40,595 nucleotides of DNA from NCBI RefSeq assembly GCF_006345805.1, contig NW_021835294.1, positions 1 through 40,595 on the forward strand, given 5' to 3'. The translations under genes were made by a program, and so were the position numbers. Origin of the DNA: Octopus sinensis. Lineage: Eukaryota. Below are positions 22,496-34,672 of this stretch, piece by piece (the first letter of the stretch is position 1; every line of letters starts with the position of its first letter). The notes beneath the pieces were generated by a model. It was not told the origin of the DNA. It did not search any database and worked only from the letters and a program-made list of their open reading frames with translations.

Positions 22496-22690
22496 GTTTG
22501 TCGGCCACCACCGCTAAAGATCCGGTGTTGGTGTGTTTAACTTCCCGTAACCTAGTTTTTCGGCAAAAGAGACCGTTAGAATAAATACTAGGATTACAAA
22601 GAATAAGTCTTGGGGTCGATTTATTCGACCGAATGCAGTAGTCCTGCATGGCCGCAGTCAAATGACTGAAACGTGAAAAAGAGAAACTGA
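22496..22690 (+). mobile_element. SINE family A, 3' half
   Basis: Matches the post-microsatellite half of family A. Confidence 0.7.
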
Positions 22691-22743
22691 TATATATATG
22701 TATATATATATATAATGTATATATATGTATATATATATATATG

Positions 22744-22817
<74 letters not shown>

Positions 22818-22840
22818 ATATATATACTTATATATATTAG

Positions 22841-22931
22841 CAGTTTCTCTTTTTCAGTCATTTGCGGCCATGCAGGAGCACGGAGCACTGCCTTCGATCG
22901 AATAAATCGGTCCCAAGACTTATTCTTTGTA
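22841..22931 (-). mobile_element. SINE family A tail fragment, inverted relative to 22595-22690
   Basis: Reverse complement reads TACAAAGAATAAGTCTTGGG...CCTGCATGGCCGCA...AAAAAGAGAAACTG. Confidence 0.7.
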
Positions 22932-22964
22932 TGCACGTCATAAACAAGAGTACAAAGAAAAACC

Positions 22965-23075
22965 CAGTGGTGCGAGCACGTGACTCTCTGAAGTTGTGCA
23001 CGTGTAATTAATAGATAAGTGGCTGAGTAAAACACAGATACACACACATACACACATATACGCACACACACCCAC

Positions 23076-23113
<38 letters not shown>

Positions 23114-23222
23114 GTGTGTGCATGTATATGTGTGTATGTGTGTGTGTATCCGTGGTTTACTCAGCCACTTATCCGTTAACTGCACGTGCACAACTTCAGA
23201 GATTCACGTGCCTGCACCACTG
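22965..23222. repeat. Fold-back element: ~115-bp inverted arms around (TA)n
   Basis: CAGTGG...CCACTG ends. 9 mismatches in the 77-bp unique part of the arms. Confidence 0.9.
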
Positions 23223-23346
23223 TTTAATCGTCGTCGGGAGAGACGGAGAATCCACAAATTGGCCGTAGGAATTGCATGCAGTTAAAATACATACATACAT
23301 ATACACTAACTATATCTTCATTTATATACTCACACAACCAAATACA

Positions 23347-23412
23347 CACTGACATTTAAGATCAATATCACAGATATGCATCGATCTGTCTCTTTACAAA
23401 CACGCATGCATG

Positions 23413-23448
<36 letters not shown>

Positions 23449-24032
23449 CACACACACACACACATGCCAATCTTTTATTCAATCTTGTACCGTTACCTCA
23501 AGGATTCAGAAGTATTAATTACCATGTATCGCACTGATTCACCGCAAGGATTACGTTAAGCTTATATAAATCATTATCTGTGGAATACCCAGCCACCTAC
23601 TCATTAATTTCGCGAATAGGGCCAGGCTCTCTTCACCAACTGAAATCTCTAATATTGATCGTCGAGAGAGACGGAGAATCCAGAAATTAGACGGCGGAAT
23701 ATTAGTAACAGACTGCGCTACACGTTTCCGGTCACGGAAAGGACAAGAAACTTATCGTCTTTGAGCCAGTGCTTGTAGCAAAAGTATTAAGAATGTCTTT
23801 CTCACTTCCGAAAGTATAAACCACCTGGGAAATTCTATTGAAGATTCGAAAGCCGTTCTCTCCATGAAAACTGATTATAAGACATATGTAAGCAATAACG
23901 GTAGTAACGGCTCTCGGCAGAATTTCTTGCCGAATTCAATCATAAAATGTCAAATTGAGGAACAAGATTTTAGCGAAAATGAAGAATGTCTTTGAGACAA
24001 ACACTAAACTAAACTAGAAAATGAAATACAGA
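23347..24032. repeat. Inverted segmental duplicate, copy 2 (partner 17792-18446)
   Basis: Direct base comparison. Confidence 0.95.
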
Positions 24033-24697
24033 TATAACTATAGACACACATACACACAATCATACGAACACAAACACACATATACACACATATAGACACA
24101 TACATACAAACAGAAATATAAATGCTTACGTGCATAGACGCAAATGTTGACATAAACGAACTTTAAATTTATATGCACTCACATACATACAGACAGATTC
24201 ACTCACACACACACACACACATACATATACACTCACACAGACATAGATACAGACACTGATAACAACAACAACAATAACAGATGTGAGGAAGTGGAAATTC
24301 AAGCCAACACGTGTACACAGGTATAGGCATAGACGTATATATGTTTATATATATACACATACACAGAATCACTCAGACACACAAGAGAAGCAAACACATG
24401 GTAATACACAGACACACATATAGAAAGAGCACTCACGCACTAAAAGCAGTAGCAAAGCATATAACCAACACACATACACAAACAAATACACATACACACA
24501 CATATGCAAAGATATATCCATTCAGACAGAATTAGAAATACATTTCTATCTACGTTGTAAAAGTCATGTGCCAATGTAAATACACAAACACACACACACA
24601 TACTCACATATGTGTGGGTGGGTGTATATATATATATATGTGTGTGTGTACATAGATAGATAGAGAGAGAGAGAGAGAGATAGAGAGAGAGCGAGAA

Positions 24698-24732
<35 letters not shown>

Positions 24733-25219
24733 AGATAGATAGATAGATGGATAGATAGATAGATAGAAGATGGATAGATAGATATATAGATAGATAGATA
24801 GATAGATAGATGATAGATAGATAGATAGATAGATAGAGATATATGATAGATAGATAGATAGATCAATGGAGAAAGAGAGAAAAAGAGATAGGTGTTAAAA
24901 GTGTATGAAAATATATCTTTGCTGGTATACACATTTACGCACAAGTACAAACATGTAGATACACACACAAAAACCTAGAAACAGTCTCACATACACTCTC
25001 ACACACTCTAGCACGAACACACATACACACCCTCACACATACAGATATACGTGTGTATGTAAGAATGCACGCCTGTATGTATACATGTATGCATACACAC
25101 GTTAATGCCTACAACTCAGAAACGTATTCTCTAAGGCTTACTTGCATACTTCAGTTGTTCAACATCTAATAAACATTTGAATGCAGTTAATCTTCACAAC
25201 TCTTCAATCACAGATTTAA

Positions 25220-25545
25220 ATACATACATATATACACACACACACACATACATGCATACACACATACATACATACATACATACATATATACATATATGCA
25301 TACACATCAATTCACATATACATACATGCGTGCATACATTCATACATACGTACATACATACATACATATATATATATATATATTGAGTACATACATTCGT
25401 ACATACATACTTACATACATACGTACGTACGTACATATATACATTCATACGTACATATTCATACATTCATACATACATACATACATACATACATGCATAC
25501 ATACATGCATACATACATACATGCATACAATCATACATGCATACA

Positions 25546-25579
<34 letters not shown>

Positions 25580-25639
25580 CATATATGCATACACATCAAT
25601 TCACATATACATACATGCGTACATACATTCATACATACG

Positions 25640-25683
<44 letters not shown>

Positions 25684-26717
25684 CATATATATACTATATA
25701 TATATATATATCTCTCTATATAAACGGCAGTTTGTCTGTGCGTGTTTCTGTGTGTCTGTTTGCTTGTACCTCACCCTGACCACGGCTTCAAGCGATTCTG
25801 ATGAAACTTGACACACACATAGCCCAATGTCATAATTCAAAACTAACGTAGCGAAAATTTTGAAAAGTTCCCCCAGTTCTGAAAAAATCGATAAATTCGA
25901 CATGGGGTCGAGAATCAGAAACACAAACCGCAAACTGTCTCGGGGACGCAACTCACCTTTTTCACTCTCAAAAAAATTACCATAATTTTTTCCATTTTTT
26001 GATATTTTTTGGCTATAACTCTCTAAAAATGCTTTATAGTTATTTCCTTACAAACCTGAGCAACGCCGGGCGGGCGATACTGCTGTATATATATTATTAT
26101 ATATATATATATATGTGTGTGTATATATCTATATATATATATCATATATATAATATACATTACATACTTACATACATACTACGTACGTATACATACATAC
26201 ATACCCATATGAATACATGCATGCATCACACATACATATATACATATATGCATACATGTAATATACATATATATACATTCATACGTACATATTCATACAT
26301 ACATTCATACATACATAAATACACACATGCATACATACATACATTCATACATACATACATACATACATTTATATATGTATACATACATACCTTCATGCAT
26401 ACATACATCTATACATGCATACATACATACATACATTCATACATACATATCTACATACATACATACATACGTACACACATACATACATACATACATACAT
26501 ACATACACACATACATACATGCAATCATACATACATTCATACACACATACGTACATACCTACCTACCTACATACACACATACATACATACATACATACAT
26601 ACATACATACATACATACATACATACATACATACATACATACATACATACGTACATACATACATACGTACATACATACACACCTTCATACATACATACAT
26701 ACATACATACACACATA
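25220..26717. repeat. (CATA)n arrays flanking the Helitron-like element
   Basis: Direct reading; variant blocks are duplicated. Confidence 0.9.
25711..26086 (+). mobile_element. Non-autonomous Helitron/Helentron-like element
   Basis: 5' TC(TC)TATATAAACGG followed by GTCTGT-type repeats. 3' GAGCAACGCCGGG subterminal GC hairpin remnant. Ends CTGCTGT (degenerate CTAGT). No ORF. Confidence 0.55.
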
Positions 26718-27490
26718 CAAACCTCGAAATTCTTGCTTGCGAAATGACTCGTTTCGAGAGATTCTGTGCTAAAACCGAAATAATTATATCACACGGGAAA
26801 GTTATGATAGCCATTTAAAATACATATAACGATACTGTCACTTAGGTTTTAGATCTTGATAATGTTTTATTCTATAAAGTGTGGAAAGCTTTTGTCGTAC
26901 CACTTCAACCTGGTCGCTACCTCAATTTAGATGCTATGAAATTTTGTCTGTGTCAGGTCGTAGATGAATTATGAACGTTATTGATTCTCCATGCTGTACA
27001 ATACTCCCATAGAAATATCGAAAAATTCGTTAAGTAACCTATATGCGGGGCTGCTTTTTCTATGGTAGTCACAACTCTCTCGTAATCTCTGGTTATATAT
27101 CTTTCTTTCTATGTATGCATGTATGTATCTATCTATCTATGTATCTATCTATCTACCTATCTATCTATCTATCTAATATATATATATATATAGATATATA
27201 TATTATATATAATATATATATATATATATCTTTCTATCTACCTATCAATCATTCAGTCTATCTATTTACCTGTCTGTTTGTCTGTGTATCTCCCTACATA
27301 TTTATATGCGTATACACACACGCACACACATATACACAGAGATAGCTAGATGAATATATATATAGATATATACAGACGGAACCAGAGACCGACAGACATA
27401 CAGACGGGCAGGCAGACACACAGACATCCAGGAACATAGATAGATAGACGGACAGACAGACACACAAATACATCAACATGCACACGTTCA

Positions 27491-27914
27491 TTTATTCTTA
27501 TCTTTGTTTCTGACGTTTGACTGCGGTCATGCTGGAGCAGCGCCTTTTAGTCGAACAAATCGACACCAGAACTTATTCTTTGTAAGCCTAGTACTTATTC
27601 TATCTGTATCTTTTGCCGAACCACTAAGTTACGGGGACATAAACACACCAGCATCGGTTATCAAGCGATATTGGGGGCACAAACACAGACACACAAACAC
27701 ACACACACACATATATACATATATATATATACATATATATATACATATATACGACGGGCTTCTTTCAATTTCCGACTACCAAATCCACTCACAAGGCTTT
27801 GGTCAGCCCGAGGCTATAGCAGAAGACACTTGCCCAAGTTGCCACGCAGTGGGACTGAACCCGGAACCATGTGGTTCGTAAGCAAGCTACTTACCACACA
27901 GTCACTCCTACGCC
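27491..27914 (-). mobile_element. SINE family A, full length
   Basis: Reverse complement of the 1676-2108 family. Confidence 0.85.
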
Positions 27915-28519
27915 TGTTTGTGTTCCGAATTTAAATTCCGCCCAGGTCAACTTTGCATTCCCTCATTTCGGGGCCAAGGCTTGCACCCTCCGTTCAGAAC
28001 TGCTGATGTTGAACCTTGCAACGGAGTGGCGTCCCGTTCAGAGAGAAGTTTCGTGATCCTTGTCACTTTTTTCGGAATGCAAATCAAATAACTGATCTCA
28101 TGATTACTTGGTTTCGAGACGAACGAGAAGAAATGCGCATGCGCAATGACACCAAAGATATTTTCTTAGAAGAGCTTTTAACAAATTGATTAGAATTACT
28201 GTTAATTGACATTAGTCTATCAACAAATTCTCTAGAGCAATTACGTTCTGCAGAATGATTCCAAGTAATAACAAGTTTTGGATAAGTTAGACATGTTGCT
28301 TTCATAATGGCTTGGAAAAGTTTGGTCGGAAATCTTGATAAAGAAATTGTTGATCATTTTAATAGTATTATTTATTTATTTATGTATTGTTTTGCTAGTT
28401 CGTTCAGTCATTAGATTGGTACATATACAATCGTGCCACTGGACGAACCGATTGTTACGAAGAACGTAAATAAACCCACACCGGTTATCAGGCGTGATTG
28501 AGAAAAACACACACACACT

Positions 28520-28727
28520 TGTGTGTGTGTATATATATCCTTTTTTCTTTCCTTTTTTTCTTCCCTTTTCCTCTCCTTGTTTCTCTCCTTGTTTTCTGTG
28601 TCCCTTTCTGTAGAAGAGCGTAGGCACGAAACGTAAAAGACTTTTTCTATTCCTGAGCGTTATACAAATACATTGTTTGTTTTGAACATCACTGTCTTCG
28701 TCTTTTGTTGTTTTTTTCGTAAACTCT

Positions 28728-28730
<3 letters not shown>
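28520..28730 (+). mobile_element. Non-coding Penelope-like/retrozyme-type element carrying a hammerhead-like motif
   Basis: TA-flanked and pyrimidine-rich. Diverged relative of 3820-4025. Boundaries approximate. Confidence 0.45.
28604..28639 (+). ncRNA. Minimal hammerhead ribozyme-like motif with variant core
   Basis: CTTT-CTGTAGA-A-GAGC-GTAG-GCAC-GAAAC-GTA-AAAG. Same layout as 3922-3956 with different but paired stem I, an A6-to-U core change and one stem II mismatch. Confidence 0.55.
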
Positions 28731-28790
<60 letters not shown>

Positions 28791-28814
28791 GCGTGTGTGT
28801 AATAATCTATGTAG

Positions 28815-28874
<60 letters not shown>

Positions 28875-28914
28875 ATACATATATGTAGATATAGATATGT
28901 AGCTATGTATATAC

Positions 28915-29050
28915 ACGACGGGTTTCTTTCAGTTTCCGTCTACATTGTCCACTCACAAGATATTGGTCGGCCCGTATCATTTGTCCAAGATGCCATGCGA
29001 TCGGACTCTACCCGGAGCCATTGGTTTGGGTTCAAACGCTTTACAACAAA
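28915..29050 (-). mobile_element. SINE family A, degenerate 5' half
   Basis: ACGACGGGTTTCTTTCAGTTTCCGTCTAC...CCACTCACAAG matches family A antisense. Confidence 0.6.
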
Positions 29051-29889
29051 CCGCTGCTTAATGGAAGATTAGAAAAAAAAATATTTTAGTAACTGTCAAC
29101 ATTTTTGCTCAAATTTACTTAAGAGAGCCTACAGAGTGAAATAATTTTTAATGAGTATGTACAACTGATGTGAGGTGTGGGATTTGGTGATGTCGCTGTC
29201 GATTGCTGATTGCGAGATGATTTTCATGAAGGCCTTCAGTTATTAACAGAACCGCAACTATGGTTCAGGTCACGCGGAAAAGAATCCTTCACAGCTAGAT
29301 TCAACAACAAAACCTTATCACCTAACAGCATTGGAGGATATTTCTCGTGTTTTCGACTTACAAAGAAATCCTAATTTTCAAAAAGGCATCGAAGTTTAAA
29401 GATCGAAAATAAAAGGGCAGAATTGTTATAGGAAAGATTTAAAGGTTCATAACACAAAGACAAGGTAATTAATCCTTACTGCTTTTCTAATGAAACTGTA
29501 AAAGAACCGATTTTACAATATTTATTGTTTCATAAGCTTTACATAATTTATAAACTTAAGAAAGCGTATTTTTCATTAAATTACATACAATTTTGTTCAA
29601 AGGGATTCTGTATTGAAATTATAAAGATTTTTTTTTTTATTGAATTAACTACACTTTTCTGGAAAGTATGTTAGCTATTTATGTGGGAGTAATTCTATGA
29701 TTACTATATTTTAAATAAATATATATTTTTTTTCGCAGTAATTAAAAGGACATTTCTGTGCAATAAAATTATGTGTTGCCTTGTGTTATTGAAGTTTCCG
29801 ATAGCGAGGAAACAAACTGGGTTATAAACTTCGTTAATCGACATATTGATGTATATTAAAATATATCTTTTTTTTTGTTTGTGTGTTGT

Positions 29890-30508
29890 GTGTGTGTATG
29901 TGAGTGTTCATAAAGAATGAGCGTATGAGTGTATGTATGTATGTATGTATATGTGTATGTATGTATGTATGTATGTATGTATGGTGTGTGTATGTATGTA
30001 TGTATGTATGTATGTGTGTATGTATGTATGTATGTATGTATGTATGTATGTGTGTGTGTATGAATGTATGTATGTATGTATGATGTATGTATGTATGTAT
30101 GTATAGGTAAATATATAGAGAGACAGATACAAATAACGGGAGAGAAAGATAGTTAGGTAGGTAGATAGATAGATATTAAGATATATACATATATACATAT
30201 TATATATGTATATATATATATATATATAATATATATAAAACCATACACACATACTCACACTCATACACCCTCATATACGCTTATATACATACACACACAC
30301 ATACATACATACATACATACACATATATATATATACATACATACATATATATATATATGTATATATATATACATATAGACAAACAAATAGATTGATAGAT
30401 AGACAGTTAGATATATGTATGTGTTTATATATTTTAGATGCATGTATATGTATTTATATCTGTGCGTGCATAGGTATATATATACACACACACATATATA
30501 CATACATA

Positions 30509-30549
<41 letters not shown>

Positions 30550-31216
30550 TCGGGAGGATCAGTTCCGGAAGAGCCCTCCCCATGCGAGAGTCAGAAGGCA
30601 TATGTTAATATAAAATAAGTATTTTGTTAGTGTTTCGGTCATGGATTCTACGAGCACAGACACCCACAAGCGAACACGCATTCGAGCGCACCGAAACACA
30701 CGCTCAAACGCAACACACACAAACACTATACGCACCGTACACACATATATATACGCATGTGTAACTGTGTGTGAGTGTGAATGTGCGCGCGTGCGCTTGT
30801 AAGGAGCGACAGATACAATGGCTTCCAAGAGAGGCATTTCGAGAGCAAGACAGGTGGACGACAAAGAGAAGAGCGTTTAGACAGATAACATATGAAAAGC
30901 AGCGAAATGGAAAGTCACCTTGTATGTGTCGGTGTATATACAGACTAATACGAACACACACACATGACTATATTATACACACACACACACAGGTACACAC
31001 ACTCACACACAGACATATATATGACAGTTTATACATATCAATATGAATATCTACGTGTATATAAATATATTCATTCATAAATATATATTTATATATACTT
31101 ATATATATATATATGTGTGTGTGTGTATGTGTGTGTGTGTGTAGATATAGATGCACATATATATATGTACATATATATATATACAAATTCATATATATGT
31201 ACATACATGCATTTAA

Positions 31217-31247
<31 letters not shown>

Positions 31248-31822
31248 CATGTATATATATATGAATATATATTTATTATGTATATATACATATCTATATT
31301 TATATACGTTTATATAGGTATAAGTATATATATATATATGTATATATATACATATATACACAATATATATATACATATATATATATATATATTATATATA
31401 TATATATATATATAAATGTGTATATATGTGTGTGTGTTTGCATGCAGTTATGTATTCTTCCTTAACTTGCGGGAGGCTGTTTGTCTCCGAGTCTTTTGAG
31501 ATCCACTTCCTGCATCCCATGATGCAACGGTGAACAAGATAACTCAATCGTTAAAAGTTCAAAGAGACACATCTCTTACCAAAATACACAGCAGACCACA
31601 ACAGAAGCAGGAATCATGACGTAACTACGAAATTATTACGGCAGCAATATAGGAAGATAAAACGATTACGGACAGGCTTACATAAAAACTGTATAACCAG
31701 AAAGACAGTCTCGCACACACGCCAACAGAAAAACACGGAAAAAACCACACACAGCAAAATGCAGAAATAAACACGCATTCACATAAACACACAGATGTAT
31801 ATATAGATATATATATATATAT

Positions 31823-31854
<32 letters not shown>

Positions 31855-32221
31855 CATATATATATATATATATATACATACATGTACATAATATATATAT
31901 ATATATATATGTATATACATATATATATGTATATATATTATATGTATATATATGTATATGTATTACATATATATATGTATATACATATACATATATATAC
32001 ATATATACATATATACATATATACACAGATATATATATATATATATATATACATATATATATACATATATCCATAATATATATATATATATACAACATAT
32101 GTATGTATGAATGTATATATGTATATATATATATAGATATATATATATGTATATATATACATATATGAATAACATATATATAAAATATAGATATACGTAT
32201 ATATATATATATTTATATGTG

Positions 32222-32254
<33 letters not shown>

Positions 32255-33248
32255 ACATATGTATATACATATATGCAGGTACAGTGGTATGTATCATAAA
32301 ATATGAATTTAATAATATATAGAATACATACAATTTATACACATTATATGCATAAAAATGTATTTATATCTTTATAAATACATATATATATGTATATATA
32401 GGTTTACAAGTACATAAACACAAAAACACGCGCACACGAACATATGTATATGGCGCATATATTTGTGACATGTATGTGTGCGTGTTTACATCTGTACGTA
32501 CGTGTGTGTATATCTATATATATATATGTGTGTGGTGTGTGTGTGTGTGTGTGTGTGTGCGTATGTGTGTGCGTTTATAATATATGGATATGCTATTATA
32601 TTCAATATAGATAAACACACAGAGACAGACACCCGCAATCACACATATGCATGTGTAGGGGAGACGTGCTGTATGTGTGTATGCGCGTGTGTTTGTATTT
32701 GTGTGTATCCAATAAACGCGAACGAAATCCTACGACACATCAATTCGTTGAAAAACGTTAAGAAAACAAAACAAAAAATGTAACATAGAACATACACACA
32801 TTCGCAGATGTATATAAATAAATACTTACTAGAAATCACGGTTCTAGAAAGGCAAGGGAAGCCTTCGTATGCGATCATATGGAAAGCATCCAATGGACTC
32901 TTTGCAATGTCCACACACACACACACACACATACATGGATAGTTATACACAGCACACACGCACTCATTCACACACACAAACAATCACACATGCATACATA
33001 CATACATACTTACACAAATATACATATATGTATGAGTTTATGTGTACATATATATAGAATTACTTATTCATTCATGCATATATATATTTCACACATATAT
33101 ATATGTATATATATAATATACATATATATATATATATTTCATATATATAATATATGTACATATATACATATATACATATACATATATATATATATATATT
33201 TCATATATATAATATATATAATATATTATATATATATATATATATACA

Positions 33249-33311
<63 letters not shown>

Positions 33312-33540
33312 TATACATAATATATATATATTATATATAGTCATATATATATATATCAATATATATATACATATAATACATATATATATATATGTACATA
33401 TATATGCACATATATATGCATATATATATACGTATATATATATGTGTGTCTCTGTGTGTGTGTGTGGTGTGTGTGTGTGTGTGTGTTTGTGATGTGTATA
33501 TATATATATATATATATAATATATATATATATATAATAGC
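29890..33540. repeat. Extended (TATG)/(TA)/(CA) degenerate microsatellite field with short unique islands
   Basis: Direct reading. Confidence 0.85.
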
Positions 33541-34073
33541 GACGATAAAAAAAGTGGCGTTCTATATGAAGGTGTAATAGTATTAACTATTATAGGAGAA
33601 TTACAGGTCTAGGAAGAAAAAATATCAGAAATAAAGCCGAACTAATGGCTAACCAACAGAAATGAGTATTTTTGTCTTTTATATCTCTTTTATATTTTCC
33701 ACAGAGAGACATAAATACAAAAGTATATTGTGAGACTAAAAGAGACAGAGTAACTTATAGAAGGACAGGGGTAGTGAGAGAGAGAGAGAGAGAGAGGGGA
33801 AGATGAATTATATGTCGAAGAATAGTAGATATAACCCAACAAAGTACAAATGATTGCTTGGATAACGACAGAGGAAGAGAATAACGGAATAGCGTTCTGG
33901 TCGGGTGGATGAATATTGTCGAGAATGAATGGAAAAGAATATAACAGGGTGGGGTAGAAGATGAACGGAAAAACAGAGAGAGTGAGAGAAGTGGGGGGAG
34001 ATTAATTTCCGAAAAATAGATCTAAAAACTAATGACTAAAATGGTCTTCACATGTGGCGCAATGGTAATGTGA

Positions 34074-34224
34074 TGCATTGTGGGAATGATGGAATATGGC
34101 TGACAACCCAGCTAAAACAATGACGTAAGGAAAATATACGTGTATAAACAAGGGATGTCGTGAACAATTGCAATGGCGGTATGTAGGAGACGAATAACGT
34201 CAATGAAATGTTGCATTGTGGGAA
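34074..34224. promoter_or_regulatory. Candidate promoter motif cluster (2 Staf/ZNF143-type, 2 CRE-like, YY1-like core, TATA-like)
   Basis: TGCATTGTGGGAA at 34074 and 34212; TGACGTAA at 34121; TAACGTCA at 34195; TATAAA at 34143; ATGGCGG at 34173. Motif matches only. Confidence 0.35.
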
Positions 34225-34380
34225 GGATTATGTGCATATGAGAAATAATTTAAAGTAATATTATAGGAGATATTTTTAAAGGAAATTTACAATGAATAAA
34301 AGCAGTCAACGATGAATGTGGGGTCCTGGAAGGAGACAAGGAGGGCATTCCTAGTATCTAAGACACAAATTATTCTATGT

Positions 34381-34503
34381 AAACAATTGCAGCGTGGAAG
34401 GTGTTTGTAAGCCATTTAAGAAACACACAAAAGCCGTTCGATTCAAACGGCTTTTGTGTGTTTCTTAAATGACTTACAAACACCTTCCACGCTGCAATTG
34501 TTT
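34381..34503. repeat. 58-bp inverted repeat with a 7-nt loop
   Basis: 34381-34438 pairs with 34446-34503 with one mismatch. Confidence 0.95.
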
Positions 34504-34672
34504 TCGTTTCAGCACACGATCTCAGATCAAATCACTTGCTATGCAAGTACATGTCCGTATTCTATGTAAGAATGAGTTAAAGCGAGAGACAGGCAGACAG
34601 ATACACATAGAGAGAGAGTATAATGTGAAGCAGTTTTATGCTTTGATACGAACATCAGGTATCTTTTTTCCA

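Noticed and set aside
23640-23700. bHLH basic-region-like RRERRRIQKL
   Set aside because: No helix-loop-helix follows, and the paralogous copy has a stop at this position.
30568-30579. GAAGAGCCCTCC match to the 14084 hairpin terminus
   Set aside because: A 12-bp match is expected by chance in 40 kb, and there is no further similarity.
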